A stretch of 64,000 nucleotides of DNA from Acidobacteriota bacterium (GTDB lineage: Bacteria; Acidobacteriota; UBA6911; JACQSX01), in the NCBI GenBank assembly GCA_036507075.1, contig DASXQR010000146.1:1-64000 (forward strand), given 5' to 3'. Within the stretch, counting starts at the first letter, position 1, and every line of letters starts with the position of its first letter. The translations under genes were made by a program, and so were the position numbers. The notes under the pieces are model-generated. The model was not told the DNA's origin, did no database searches, and saw nothing but the letters and a program-made list of their open reading frames with translations. Shown piece after piece: positions 1 through 10,036 of this stretch.

Positions 1-65
1 GGTAATCTTCGCGCACGGGCAAAATAACTATATGTTGTGGTAGGTGGAGTCAAGTAAATACCCTT

Positions 66-125
66 AATGACTAATGACCAATGACTAATGACCGATGACT
101 AATGACCAATGACCAATGACCAATG
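66..125 (+). repeat. Heptamer tandem repeat (AATGAC[CT])n
   Basis: About 8 consecutive aatgact/aatgacc units seen directly. Confidence 0.9.
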
Positions 126-282
126 CCCCCATTCCAAGCTGTACTTCCGGCGCCCAGTGAAAGTATCATGTTCCTGTTCAAAACATTTATCAGGGTTCTG
201 GCTCCATCGAATCGCTCCGGCCTTTCTGAACGGTCCGCTGAAATCCCGATAAACCTAGAAGCCCGACGGGCAGGAGAAAGAG

Positions 283-621
283 ATGGGAACCAAACTTTAC
301 ATCGGAAACTTATCGTTCAGCGTCAATGAGTCCAGCCTGGAGGCCTTTTTCAAAGACCGCGGAATTGAGACAGAAAAAATAGAACTCGTCAGAGACGTTT
401 CTTCCGGTAAATCACGTGGCTTCGGCTTCGTGCAACTGGCGCCTGGGCAGGAGCTCGAAGCGGCCATCGAACAGACCAATGGAAAAGACTTGGAAGGCCG
501 GAATGTCATTGTCAATGAAGCACGGGAACGCACGCGCAGCTCCGGAGGAGGCGGCGGCGGTGGCCGTGACAGAGATCGCGGCCGCGGCGGCCGCCACGGC
601 GGCGGCGGACGGCGTTATTAA
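283..621 (+). CDS. RRM RNA-binding protein with Gly/Arg-rich tail
   Basis: RNP2 KLYIGNL, RNP1 RGFGFV, VNEARER, GGGG tail; GGAG RBS upstream. Confidence 0.95.
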   Translation: MGTKLYIGNLSFSVNESSLEAFFKDRGIETEKIELVRDVSSGKSRGFGFVQLAPGQELEAAIEQTNGKDLEGRNVIVNEARERTRSSGGGGGGGRDRDRGRGGRHGGGGRRY

Positions 622-630
622 AGCGCTCAC

Positions 631-762
631 TGGTCATTAGTCATTGGTCATTGGTGGAGTCCGGCTTGGTGTCTTGATGGTTCATTTTTTTACACGAAGG
701 CACGAAGCCAGGGAACTTTCAAAGTGCATGACCGATCATGACCAATGACTAATGACCAGTGA
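631..762. repeat. Inverted pair of heptamer arrays between convergent genes
   Basis: tggtcattagtcattggtcattggt (~631-655) is complementary to accaatgactaatgacca (~741-758). Confidence 0.75.
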
Positions 763-2664
763 CTATTCCCCAGGCAGACTGAACGCCGCCAGAGCGTCCG
801 ACGTGGTCGTGCTGAACGCGTTGCCTCCGCCCGCGGCGATCACAACGAATTGACGGCCGGTTTTCTTCCCCATATAGGTAACGGGCGTGGCGTGCCCGCT
901 TGCCTCCAGCCGGCCCACCCAAAGTTCCTTACCGGTGCGGGAATCAAAGGCACGAAACCGGCTGTCGCTGGATCCACCGATGAACACCAGTCCCCCTGCT
1001 GTAACAATCGACCCGCCCAGGTTCGGCGTGCCGGTGTTCATGACTCCCTTTTTTTCCAGTTCATCAACTACCCCGAGTGGCACCTTCCATGCGATTTCGC
1101 CTTTGTTCAAATCGATGGCGTTGAGCGTTCCCCACGGAGGCTGCTGGCAGGGCCAGTGTTTTTCGTCCCAGAAGCGCGCGTACTCCCCGCCCTTGCTGAA
1201 GCGTCGATAGGGCACGGCTGATCCGGCCGGCTGCGGCTTCATTAATCCAACAGCTCCCACTTCGTTGACATTCACATAAAGATAACCGGCGGCGGAATCG
1301 GATGATCCTCCCGCCCAGGTCGCCCCTCCCAGCGTGCCCGGCATGACCAGTGTCAGGCCGAGGCCCCAGGGCGTGTAGCGGCCCTTCGTTGTGAGCGAGT
1401 CGAATAACTCGGCGCAGTACCGATTGGATTCGGGCGTGACGGTAGTGATTTCCTCGCGTGTCACAGACGAGCGTGACAGTGGCGGAGGTTTGAGCGGCAC
1501 GGGCTGCGTCGGCCAGCTTGCTTCGCCCGGAACTTCGCTCCGGGGAAACGCCCGCTCTTCAATCGGGAACAGTGGTTTCCCTGTGACCCGATCAAACACA
1601 AACACCATTCCCATTTTCGTGAGCTGGACGACGGCCGGCACCTGGCGGCCTTCACGCCGCAGCGTGACCAGTACGGGCTGGGCGGGCAAGTCGTAGTCCC
1701 ATATATCATGATGCACCAGTTGATAGTGCCAGCGGAGGCGGCCGGTAGCAGCATCGAGCGCCACCAGTGAGTTTCCAAAAAGATTCTGGCCTTTTCGATC
1801 CGCGCCATAAAAATCATACGCAGGAGATCCAACGGGTAGAAACACCAGTCCTCGCTCCGGATCAACGCTCATGATCGACCAGACATTCACCCCGGTCCGG
1901 TCCTTCCACGATTCAGCTTCCCAGGTTTCGTGTCCTTTTTCGTCCGGCTGTGGAACAGTGTGAAAAGTCCAGATCAGCCTTCCCGATCGGACGTCAAATG
2001 CCCGCACCGCCCCGCTCGGTCCTTTGGAAGGGCTTTCCGGCACTGAGGCCCCGACGATCACCAGGTCCTTGTAGATCGCCGGAGGAGACGTGAGTTCATA
2101 ATGCGCGCGCGGTTCCGGGTCGTTTATTCCCTGGCGCAGGTTGATGATGCCGTTTTGACCAAAATCGCCGCATGGCTTCCCCGTCGCGGCATCGAGCCCA
2201 ATCAAACGCGCGTCGAATGTTCCGTACAGGATCCTCTTTTCAAGCCTGTTGCCGTTCCAGCCCGACCAGAAGGCGACGCCGCGATGTGCATTCCACAATT
2301 CCGGGCGCCTGCTTTTTCCATCCGGCAGTTCGTACTTCCAGACCTCAAGGCCGGTCTCCGCGTCCAGCGCGATCACGCGACTGGAAGGAGTCGAAACATA
2401 CATGGCACCGTCAACCACCAGCGGAGTGCACTCAAAGGGAATCGGTTTTCCAAATGCAGTGCCACCGGTGATCACATCTCCGGTGTGATACGTCCAGGCG
2501 CGCTGCAGCCGGGCAACGTTGTTTCGATTGATCTGCGTGAGGGGCGAAAAACGCGCCCCGCCCGGATCGCGTCCGTAAGAAGGCCACTCGTAGCGATTAT
2601 CAGCCGAGGGCGCCAGGGCAGCGCCGCATAAGAGAATGGCGATCAACAGCGGAATCTTTCGCAT
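763..2664 (-). CDS. PQQ-dependent (quinoprotein glucose/quinate-type) dehydrogenase, secreted
   Basis: WPSYGRDPGGARFSPLTQIN, FECTPL, HHDIWDYDLPAQP, PPWGTLNAIDL; start placed at signal-peptide MRKIPLL (2664). Confidence 0.9.
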   Translation of the reverse strand: MRKIPLLIAILLCGAALAPSADNRYEWPSYGRDPGGARFSPLTQINRNNVARLQRAWTYHTGDVITGGTAFGKPIPFECTPLVVDGAMYVSTPSSRVIALDAETGLEVWKYELPDGKSRRPELWNAHRGVAFWSGWNGNRLEKRILYGTFDARLIGLDAATGKPCGDFGQNGIINLRQGINDPEPRAHYELTSPPAIYKDLVIVGASVPESPSKGPSGAVRAFDVRSGRLIWTFHTVPQPDEKGHETWEAESWKDRTGVNVWSIMSVDPERGLVFLPVGSPAYDFYGADRKGQNLFGNSLVALDAATGRLRWHYQLVHHDIWDYDLPAQPVLVTLRREGRQVPAVVQLTKMGMVFVFDRVTGKPLFPIEERAFPRSEVPGEASWPTQPVPLKPPPLSRSSVTREEITTVTPESNRYCAELFDSLTTKGRYTPWGLGLTLVMPGTLGGATWAGGSSDSAAGYLYVNVNEVGAVGLMKPQPAGSAVPYRRFSKGGEYARFWDEKHWPCQQPPWGTLNAIDLNKGEIAWKVPLGVVDELEKKGVMNTGTPNLGGSIVTAGGLVFIGGSSDSRFRAFDSRTGKELWVGRLEASGHATPVTYMGKKTGRQFVVIAAGGGNAFSTTTSDALAAFSLPGE

Positions 2665-2828
2665 GAAACTGAAAGTATACAATCTCTGAGAAAAACATCC
2701 ACGGTTTGCGTGATGAACGTTTGGTGCCCTGGTGGTCAAAAAGAATTGAAACCACCAAGGCACCAAGCCAGGCTCTGCACCGCCAACCACGGCCGTTTGA
2801 AAAGGGATTTTGTTAGAATGAAGCACAC

Positions 2829-4346
2829 ATGTATTTCAGTCGCATCATTAGAACTGTCCTTCCGATCTTTCTTCTGCTCTGCTCCCTGGACGGCTCTCCG
2901 GAAGCACAGAATTCGCAGCTCGCAGAAAAATCCAGGCAGGGAAAACAGGCCCTTGAGGGGGAGAGGTTCGACGAGGCGGTTTCCATTTATACCGACCTGG
3001 TTCGAGCTTTGCCTGGCAACCCTGGGCTGAAGATCAATCTGGGTTTGGCCCTCTACATGTCCGGCCGGCGGCAGGAGGCAATTCCCCAGTTTGAGAGAGC
3101 TCTCAGGCTCCAAACTAACCTTGTTGATGGCTGGGTGCTTCTCGGCGCGGCCCGGCTGGACATGGGAGAAAACCTGGCCGCAGTTCAAGCTTTGCAAAAA
3201 GCTCTCGCGCTGCAACCCGACCACCTGCAGTGCCGGCAAATGCTTGCCGACGCTCTGCTCGCTTTGGAACGGTACCGCGAAGCCGCTGAGCATCTTCGGG
3301 AACTGGCTCGATCAAACCCGCAGCATCCCAAAGCGTGGTACGGCCTGGGTCGCGCTTATGAAGCTCTGTCGCAGGTGGCCTTTGAAGAGCTTGAGAAATC
3401 GACACGCGAGTCTCCCTACTGGATGGTCCTCGTGGGCGAGACTCTGGCGCGCCAGGGCAAACACTCCAATGCGTTCTTCTTCCTGCGCCGCGCTTTGGAA
3501 AAATCGCCGAATCTGCGAGGCGTGCACCAGGCCATCGCCGATATTTACCGGGTTACCGAACATTCCGAATGGGCGACGATTGAGGAGGAAAAGGAGCGCG
3601 CGATACCCGAACTCGACTGCTCAACGGAGAAACCTGAGTGTCTTTTCCAGAAGAAACGTTACCTGCCGGCAACCGAACTTGCGCGCGGGCAGAAGAGCGC
3701 CGAAGCGCTTTATTGGATGTCGCGGGCCTATAACCGCCTGGCCCTGGAGTCTTTCTCGCGTCTCGGCGAGCTTCCCGCTTCAGCGGAGCTGTTCAAACTC
3801 AAAGCGGGAATCTTGATCGACCAGCGGCGGTACCGTGAAGCGGCGGACTTGCTGCAAGAGGCGCTTCGCCTCTCCCCCAATGATTTCGATGCGAAAAAAC
3901 AGCTCGCCGAAACGCTGTACCAAAGCCGTGATTACGCCGCGGCAAAGGCTCTCCTGAAAGAACTGCTTCGGGGTCAAGTCGATTCGGCTGAACTGAACTT
4001 CCTGTACGGTGACTGCGTGCTGCAGTCGCAGCGCGCTGACGAAGCGATTCCATATCTCGAGAAGGCTGTTACCCGCAATCCACGACTGCCGGCGGCTCAG
4101 GCGGCCCTTGGCCGCGCTTATTTGCAAGCGGGCAAGACCGGGGAGGCAATCCCCCACCTGAAAGCAGCTTTGAAGATCGACGACGACGGGAGCATGCACT
4201 ATCAACTTTCCCGGGCCTACCAGAGTCTCGGCAAGATGGACCTGGCCCGCCAAACCCTTCAGCGCTACCAGGAAATCCAGAAGTCGGTCCGCTCCGAGGC
4301 CAAGAAAGCGGAGGAAGAGGTGCGCATCACGCCCCCTGGTCCCTGA
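2829..4346 (+). CDS. Secreted tetratricopeptide repeat protein
   Basis: Signal peptide plus many TPR units (LG..Y...G...EA...L..AL...P). Confidence 0.9.
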   Translation: MYFSRIIRTVLPIFLLLCSLDGSPEAQNSQLAEKSRQGKQALEGERFDEAVSIYTDLVRALPGNPGLKINLGLALYMSGRRQEAIPQFERALRLQTNLVDGWVLLGAARLDMGENLAAVQALQKALALQPDHLQCRQMLADALLALERYREAAEHLRELARSNPQHPKAWYGLGRAYEALSQVAFEELEKSTRESPYWMVLVGETLARQGKHSNAFFFLRRALEKSPNLRGVHQAIADIYRVTEHSEWATIEEEKERAIPELDCSTEKPECLFQKKRYLPATELARGQKSAEALYWMSRAYNRLALESFSRLGELPASAELFKLKAGILIDQRRYREAADLLQEALRLSPNDFDAKKQLAETLYQSRDYAAAKALLKELLRGQVDSAELNFLYGDCVLQSQRADEAIPYLEKAVTRNPRLPAAQAALGRAYLQAGKTGEAIPHLKAALKIDDDGSMHYQLSRAYQSLGKMDLARQTLQRYQEIQKSVRSEAKKAEEEVRITPPGP

Positions 4347-4362
4347 AAGGGTTTTTCCAGCT

Positions 4363-6069
4363 CTAGGGCTCCCGGACTTCCAGAACCTGGTTAGGTTTGA
4401 CGCCTGTGAGTCTCTGCTTTTTCCCGGAAGGCCATTTGATTTCTATGGTCGCGGCAGACGCCGCGCGCCCCAGCCCGAAGTGCACGCCATGGTAACTGGA
4501 TGAAGCATAACCCACGCTGGTCGTCATCAGGTTGTACTGGCTTCCAACCTGCACTCGAGCTCCGATTCCGTCGCGATTACTCTGGCTTCCGACTAATTTC
4601 AGAATGAGCCAGTGGTTTCGGCTCGGGCTGACATTCTGCCAGAGTTCCGCGGGTTCGCCCAAAGCCGTCACGACAATGTCCATTTTCCCATCGCTGTTGA
4701 AATCGGCGAAAGCGCTTCCCCTGTGGGCCCTTGCCTGCTGGAAGGACTCGCCCGCTTCCGGCGACACATCCTGGAACGTCCCGTCGCCCAGATTGGAAAA
4801 GATGCTGTTTGGCTGCTTGAACTGCGTCGGCTCGAACAAGTGGACAATGTCATTCACGTGCGAGTTGGCAGTGAAGAGATCCTTCCACCCGTCGTTGTTG
4901 AAATCAAACAGCCCGTTGCTCCACCCGCTGCGCGCCGCCGATAGAACCGCCATGCGACTGGAATGGGTCGCGTCGCGGAAGAAGCCCGACCCTTCGTTTC
5001 GGAACATAGGAAAGGTCTCTCCCGTCAAGGCAGTGACTGTGATATCGGGAAGGCCGTCGTTGTCGTAGTCGCGGAAATCGACACCCATGCTGGCTACCGG
5101 CTTTCCATGAACCAGCAGCGCGGCCCCGGTCGACAGTCCCGCTTCTTCAAAGGCACCGTCGCCACGGTTGCGGAAGAGAAAATTCGGCAGGTTGTCGTTG
5201 CTGACAAATGCGTCGATGCGCCCGTCGCCGTCATAGTCGGCAAAGGCTACGCTCATTCCCCGCCCTGCATGGTCCAGTATGCCGGCCTTCTCGGAGACGT
5301 CCTCGAAAGTTCCGTCGCCGCGATTGCGATAAAGAGTATTGGGAACGGGGTCGTAGTATTTCGGATGACAGTAAACGCGCAAATTCCGGTCGCGGTCTCC
5401 GCAGTAGCGATTAAAACCCACCCACCACTTTGCGTAATTGACAACGAAGAGGTCCAGCCGGCCGTCGTTGTCATAATCAAACCAGCCGGCCGCCACCGAC
5501 CACTGATCGCTCTTGATGCCGGCCTGCCGGGTAACATTTCTGAAAGTTCCATCGCCGTTATTTTGAAACAGAGTGTTGTGGAATACCCCCGCCACGAAGA
5601 TGTCGACATCACCGTCGTTATCGAAGTCGGCCACTGCCGTGCCCATCGAGTAACCTTCGCCCCGCACGCCGGCAGCTTCGGTGACATCGGTAAAGCGCAT
5701 GCCGCCGTCGTTTCGGAAAAGTCGATTGAAGTATTTGGGCGAGTCTTTCTCAAGCGACGGAATCGACGCCCCGTTGGTGAAGTAAATGTCCGGCCGGCCG
5801 TCGCCATTGTAATCAAAAGCCGCCACACCGCCGGGCATCATCTCGATAATGTGCTTTTCAGGAGTGGGATGGTGTTCCAGGATGAAGTTGAGCCCGTTTG
5901 CGGCGACGTCGCGAAAGCGGATCGGATCAACCGGTTTGGGACCCTTCAGACCGGCACGGCTCGGCCCCTGCTGGGCCGCCGGCGCCGCCAGGACAAGAAA
6001 GACCCCCAGAATCAAACCAGCGACGCAATACCGAAAGCGCAAAAAATTCACTAAAAGCATCTGTTTCAT
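4363..6069 (-). CDS. CRTAC1/ASPIC-UnbV family FG-GAP repeat protein
   Basis: Repeated DYDNDGxxD motifs, RGSAFADFNSDG, C-terminal NRDGIGARV...VHFGLG; start uncertain. Confidence 0.9.
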   Translation of the reverse strand: MKQMLLVNFLRFRYCVAGLILGVFLVLAAPAAQQGPSRAGLKGPKPVDPIRFRDVAANGLNFILEHHPTPEKHIIEMMPGGVAAFDYNGDGRPDIYFTNGASIPSLEKDSPKYFNRLFRNDGGMRFTDVTEAAGVRGEGYSMGTAVADFDNDGDVDIFVAGVFHNTLFQNNGDGTFRNVTRQAGIKSDQWSVAAGWFDYDNDGRLDLFVVNYAKWWVGFNRYCGDRDRNLRVYCHPKYYDPVPNTLYRNRGDGTFEDVSEKAGILDHAGRGMSVAFADYDGDGRIDAFVSNDNLPNFLFRNRGDGAFEEAGLSTGAALLVHGKPVASMGVDFRDYDNDGLPDITVTALTGETFPMFRNEGSGFFRDATHSSRMAVLSAARSGWSNGLFDFNNDGWKDLFTANSHVNDIVHLFEPTQFKQPNSIFSNLGDGTFQDVSPEAGESFQQARAHRGSAFADFNSDGKMDIVVTALGEPAELWQNVSPSRNHWLILKLVGSQSNRDGIGARVQVGSQYNLMTTSVGYASSSYHGVHFGLGRAASAATIEIKWPSGKKQRLTGVKPNQVLEVREP

Positions 6070-6075
6070 CTGATC

Positions 6076-6321
6076 GATCCGTCTTAAACCGTGATAATCA
6101 GCGGCCAATTATTTTATGCGATAACAGGCCGCTGATTTGTGCGGAGCACGCCGATCGATCCGTTTTTAACCGTGATCATCAAGCGGCCAATCATTTTACG
6201 CGACAAACAGGCCGCAGATTTGCGCGGAGTACGCCCGCTCGATCCGTTTTTAACCGTGATAACCAGCGGCCAATCATTTTTACGTGACAACAGGCTGCAG
6301 ATTTACGCTGAGTACGCGGAT
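6076..6321. repeat. Three ~81-84 bp imperfect tandem REP-like units
   Basis: Units start gatccgt(c/t)tt(a/t)aaccgtgat at 6076, 6157 and 6241; ggccgc...gcggcc hairpins. Confidence 0.9.
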
Positions 6322-6344
6322 TGACCCTGATAAAATCGGGCTCT

Positions 6345-7763
6345 ATGTTTCATCTGCGGCCCGCATACTTATTGACGATCGCGGCGCTACTTGTTTCCCC
6401 GGCATGGGCGTCACAGCTTCCCCGGCTGCCGCCTTTGGCATTGGAAAAATTCCCGCCCGCCGTTCGGCTCAAAGCCGATGAACTCTACAAACAGGTTCAG
6501 AAAGATCCAAAGAATCCCGATGCGGTCGGACAATTAGGCATGTTCCTGCACGCGTACGAGCAATATCAGTTCGCCGGGATCTGTTATGAGCGGGCCGCGA
6601 CACTGAAGGCCGACTCTTTTCAATGGGCTTACTATCTGGGAACCGCGCACGCCAGGCTGGGAGAGCACAGACAAGCGGTGGAATCTTTCCGAAAAGCGCT
6701 CTCTTCAGATCCCCGTTATCTTCCCGCCTGGCTGGACCTTGCGGAATCTCTTCTGAAGCTGGGTCAGTTGGAGGAAAGCGGAGCCGTTTGCCGGGAGATT
6801 TTAAAGCAATATCCCGAGGCAGCGGCCGCTCACTACGGGTTGGGGCGCGCGAAAGCCGGTCGGGGAGATCTTCGCGGAGCCGTAGAAGATTATTTACAAG
6901 CCTGCAAACTGCTCCCCGGCTTCGGCGCCGCTCACTACGCTCTGGCGCTCGCTTACAGGGACCTCGGCGATTCTTCGAACGCCAAAGAGCACTTCTCCTT
7001 GTATGAACGGGACAAATTGGGATGGCCCTCGGTTGAGAACCCGCTGCTGGATGCGATTCAACAACTGAAGGGCGGTCCTCTCGATTACCTCAAGAGAGCA
7101 ATTCAACTGGCCGGCGAGGGGCGCTATGAGGAATCGATTCGAGAACACAAGAAGGCTCTTGAGATGGATCCCAAACTTCTGCAGGCTCACGTGAATCTGT
7201 TGAACCTCTATGCGCGGCAGGGAAACCTGGAAGAAGCGGAGAAACATTACCGCGCCGCCATGGAAATCAACCCGAACCGCGCCGAAGTCCATTACGATTA
7301 CGGCCTGCTTCTGCTGAACCGGGGCCGCGATTCCGAGGCTGCCGGCGCCTTTGAGCGCGCCGTGCAGATCAATCCCTTCTTCTCCCATGCCCACAATAAC
7401 CTGGGCTTTATCTTGGAGCGCCAGGGACGGTTAAAAGACGCGATCGAGCACTACCGCAGCGCGATCGAAAACGACCCCAATTACCGGCTGGCGCGCTTCA
7501 ACCTGGGCCGGGCGCTGGTTGGTTCCGGGAAGAATCAAGAAGCAATTGAGGAGTTTTCGAAGATTCTCACGCCTGAAGATGAAGACACGCCGCGCTTTAT
7601 GTACGCCCTGGCGGCCGCCTACGTTCGTGCCGGTGATTTGGAAAAGGCTTTTGCTTACACCAAAGAAGCCAGGCGGCGAGCCGAGGCTCTCGGGCAGACA
7701 GCGCTTGCCGCCGCGATTGAAAAGGATTTGAAAAAACTAGAGCAGGCTCGGAATCCTCGTTGA
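6345..7763 (+). CDS. Secreted tetratricopeptide repeat protein
   Basis: Signal peptide and ~10 TPR units; stop overlaps next start. Confidence 0.9.
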   Translation: MFHLRPAYLLTIAALLVSPAWASQLPRLPPLALEKFPPAVRLKADELYKQVQKDPKNPDAVGQLGMFLHAYEQYQFAGICYERAATLKADSFQWAYYLGTAHARLGEHRQAVESFRKALSSDPRYLPAWLDLAESLLKLGQLEESGAVCREILKQYPEAAAAHYGLGRAKAGRGDLRGAVEDYLQACKLLPGFGAAHYALALAYRDLGDSSNAKEHFSLYERDKLGWPSVENPLLDAIQQLKGGPLDYLKRAIQLAGEGRYEESIREHKKALEMDPKLLQAHVNLLNLYARQGNLEEAEKHYRAAMEINPNRAEVHYDYGLLLLNRGRDSEAAGAFERAVQINPFFSHAHNNLGFILERQGRLKDAIEHYRSAIENDPNYRLARFNLGRALVGSGKNQEAIEEFSKILTPEDEDTPRFMYALAAAYVRAGDLEKAFAYTKEARRRAEALGQTALAAAIEKDLKKLEQARNPR

Positions 7764-9469
7764 AAGCGCAACTTCTTGTTCTCCCCTTCCTGCTGTTCCT
7801 TCCGGTTCTTAACAGCCAGACAACTGTCTCGAAAGGCAAAACCGAACTTTTCAAAGAGGCGGCCGCAGAAACAGGGCTGAGCTTCCGGCATTTCAACGGA
7901 TCGACGGGCCAGTATTACCTGTGTGAGATTATGGGAGCCGGAGCCGCGCTCTTTGACTACGACGGAGACGGCGACCTCGATGTTTACCTGATACAGGGCG
8001 GCGTTCTCGACCGCAAAGCCGGCCCATCCAAGTCGCCGCGGCAATTCAGCGCCCGCTTGTTTCGGAATGAATTGAAGCCGAAAGGCAGGCTTCAGTTCAC
8101 CGACGTCACTGCCCAGGCCGGCGTGGGACACCAGGGATACGGCATGGGGGCCGCGGTGGGCGACTACGACAATGATGGAGATCTGGACATGTACGTGACC
8201 AGCTTTGGGTCTAATGTGCTTTACCGCAACAACGGGGACGGGACATTTACCGATGTCACGCGGCAGGCGGGCGTCGATGACGCGCGTTGGAGTACGAGCG
8301 CCGCCTTTCTGGACTACGACCGCGACGGCGACCTGGATCTGTTTGTTACAAATTACATTGCCTTTACGGTGGCCAACAACAAGGTCTGCCACGATCCGGT
8401 CGGCGAGCGCGATTACTGCAGACCTTCGGCTTATGCACCGGTACCGGCCCGGCTCTTTCGCAATGAAGGAAACGGGAAGTTTGTCGACGTCACCGAAGCC
8501 GCGGGAATTTCCAAGGCGTACGGCCCGGGCCTGGGAGTGGTATGCGCGGACTTTAATGGCGACGGCTGGGTCGACATCTATGTCGCCAATGACGGCGCGG
8601 CCAACCTGTTGTGGATCAACAAAGGCAACGGGGCTTTCGAAGAGAGCGGCCTTCTGTCTGGCGCCGCTTACGCCGACGATGGAGTGGCGCGCGCGGGAAT
8701 GGGAGTGGCTGCCGAAGACTTCGACAACGACAGCGACGAAGATCTGCTGGTGAGCAATCTGCGCCGGGAGGGAGCTACTCTGTTTCGGAATGGCGGCAAC
8801 GGGCTTTTTTCAGATGCGAGCGCCCAGTTCGGGCTGGGACGGGCGACCTTTCTCTATACCGGTTTTGGTCTTGGCTGGTTCGATCTGGATAATGACGGCT
8901 ATCTTGACTTGTTTGCCGCCAACGGCACAGTCAACATTCTGGAGGAGCTGCGCGGGACTCCTTTTCCCTATCACCAGAAAAACCAGCTTTTTCTCAACGT
9001 AGCGGGCCAGGAGTTTCGGGAAATCACCGACCAGGCCGGCCCTCCGCTGAAGCTTTCTGAAGTCAGCCGCGGCGCTGCGTTCGGAGATATCGACAATGAC
9101 GGTGATGTTGATGTTCTGGTGACCAACAACAATGGACCGGCGCGTCTCCTGCTCAACCAGCTTAAATCGCCCAACCACTGGTTGAGCATCCGCCTGGAGG
9201 GAGTCAAGGATAACCGCTTTGGAATCGGGGCGCGTGTCGGTGTGCTCAGACATGGTCAGAAAATAATATGGCGGCGCGTCCACACCGACGGCAGCTATCT
9301 TTGCGCCAGTGACGTGCGGGTGCATTTCGGGCTGGGAAGGGATTCATCCCTTGAGGCGGTCATCGTCCAGTGGCCAAATGGCGAAGGGGAGATGTGGACA
9401 GGGATCGGCGCGGATAAATTTGTGACACTCCGCCAGAACTCAGGAAAGCCCTGGAAGCCATCGAGGTGA
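7760..9469 (+). CDS. CRTAC1/ASPIC-UnbV family FG-GAP repeat protein
   Basis: DYDGDGDLD repeats, [28 protein letters not shown]. Confidence 0.92.
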   Translation: MKAQLLVLPFLLFLPVLNSQTTVSKGKTELFKEAAAETGLSFRHFNGSTGQYYLCEIMGAGAALFDYDGDGDLDVYLIQGGVLDRKAGPSKSPRQFSARLFRNELKPKGRLQFTDVTAQAGVGHQGYGMGAAVGDYDNDGDLDMYVTSFGSNVLYRNNGDGTFTDVTRQAGVDDARWSTSAAFLDYDRDGDLDLFVTNYIAFTVANNKVCHDPVGERDYCRPSAYAPVPARLFRNEGNGKFVDVTEAAGISKAYGPGLGVVCADFNGDGWVDIYVANDGAANLLWINKGNGAFEESGLLSGAAYADDGVARAGMGVAAEDFDNDSDEDLLVSNLRREGATLFRNGGNGLFSDASAQFGLGRATFLYTGFGLGWFDLDNDGYLDLFAANGTVNILEELRGTPFPYHQKNQLFLNVAGQEFREITDQAGPPLKLSEVSRGAAFGDIDNDGDVDVLVTNNNGPARLLLNQLKSPNHWLSIRLEGVKDNRFGIGARVGVLRHGQKIIWRRVHTDGSYLCASDVRVHFGLGRDSSLEAVIVQWPNGEGEMWTGIGADKFVTLRQNSGKPWKPSR

Positions 9470-9525
9470 TGACTTCGGACCCAGTCACCCGCATCAGCGA
9501 CCGCACTGATTCTTGCCCGGCCCAT

Positions 9526-9960
9526 AGTACCGCGATCCGTCAGGTCGCGGCGAGCCAGCCTGTCCATCAGCTACCGTAGTACCCGCGGTCCCTCAGGAGA
9601 GCGACAATGAGCCGCGTAGCGGCGCAAGAATTGTAGCCGAGGGCGTCAGCCCTCGGTCAGCATCGATTTGGAGCAAGAGCCGCGTAGCGGCGATAGAGCC
9701 GTTTGTGTGCTGCTCAGACACCACCTCAACACTCTGTCGCCGCTCGCGCGGCTTTGCCTGCCGAACTCGCCACCGAGGGCTGACGCCCTCGGCTACAACT
9801 CTCAACGCCGCTGCGCGGCTTAGCTGGTCATTCGACACTACTCCTGACGGCTCGCGGTACTGCTGGGTAGCAGGATGCTGGCGCGCGCCGCGATCTGACG
9901 GATCGCGGTACTGCTGGCGTATTGGTGGACGACACTTGCGGCGGCTGACGGATCGCGGTG
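9526..9960. repeat. Cluster of REP-like palindromic elements (two families)
   Basis: gtagccgagggcgtcagccctcggt and accgagggctgacgccctcggctac form a long inverted pair; gtaccgcgatccgtcag and its complement recur (related copy at ~17819). Confidence 0.8.
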
Positions 9961-10036
9961 GGGAGGATCTATCAGGTTGCACCAGGTTCACTCGGAGTCT
10001 GGTGACTCTGGGTGAACCCGGTGCGGTATTCGCAGG

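Noticed and set aside
4963..6054. Long alternative ORFs (e.g. 4963-6054 +, 22442-23305 -, 7655-8392 -)
   Set aside because: Antisense shadows of well-supported GC-rich genes with no recognisable motifs.
6076..6321. Possible CRISPR array
   Set aside because: Whole units are similar with no unique spacers, and there are no cas genes in the window.
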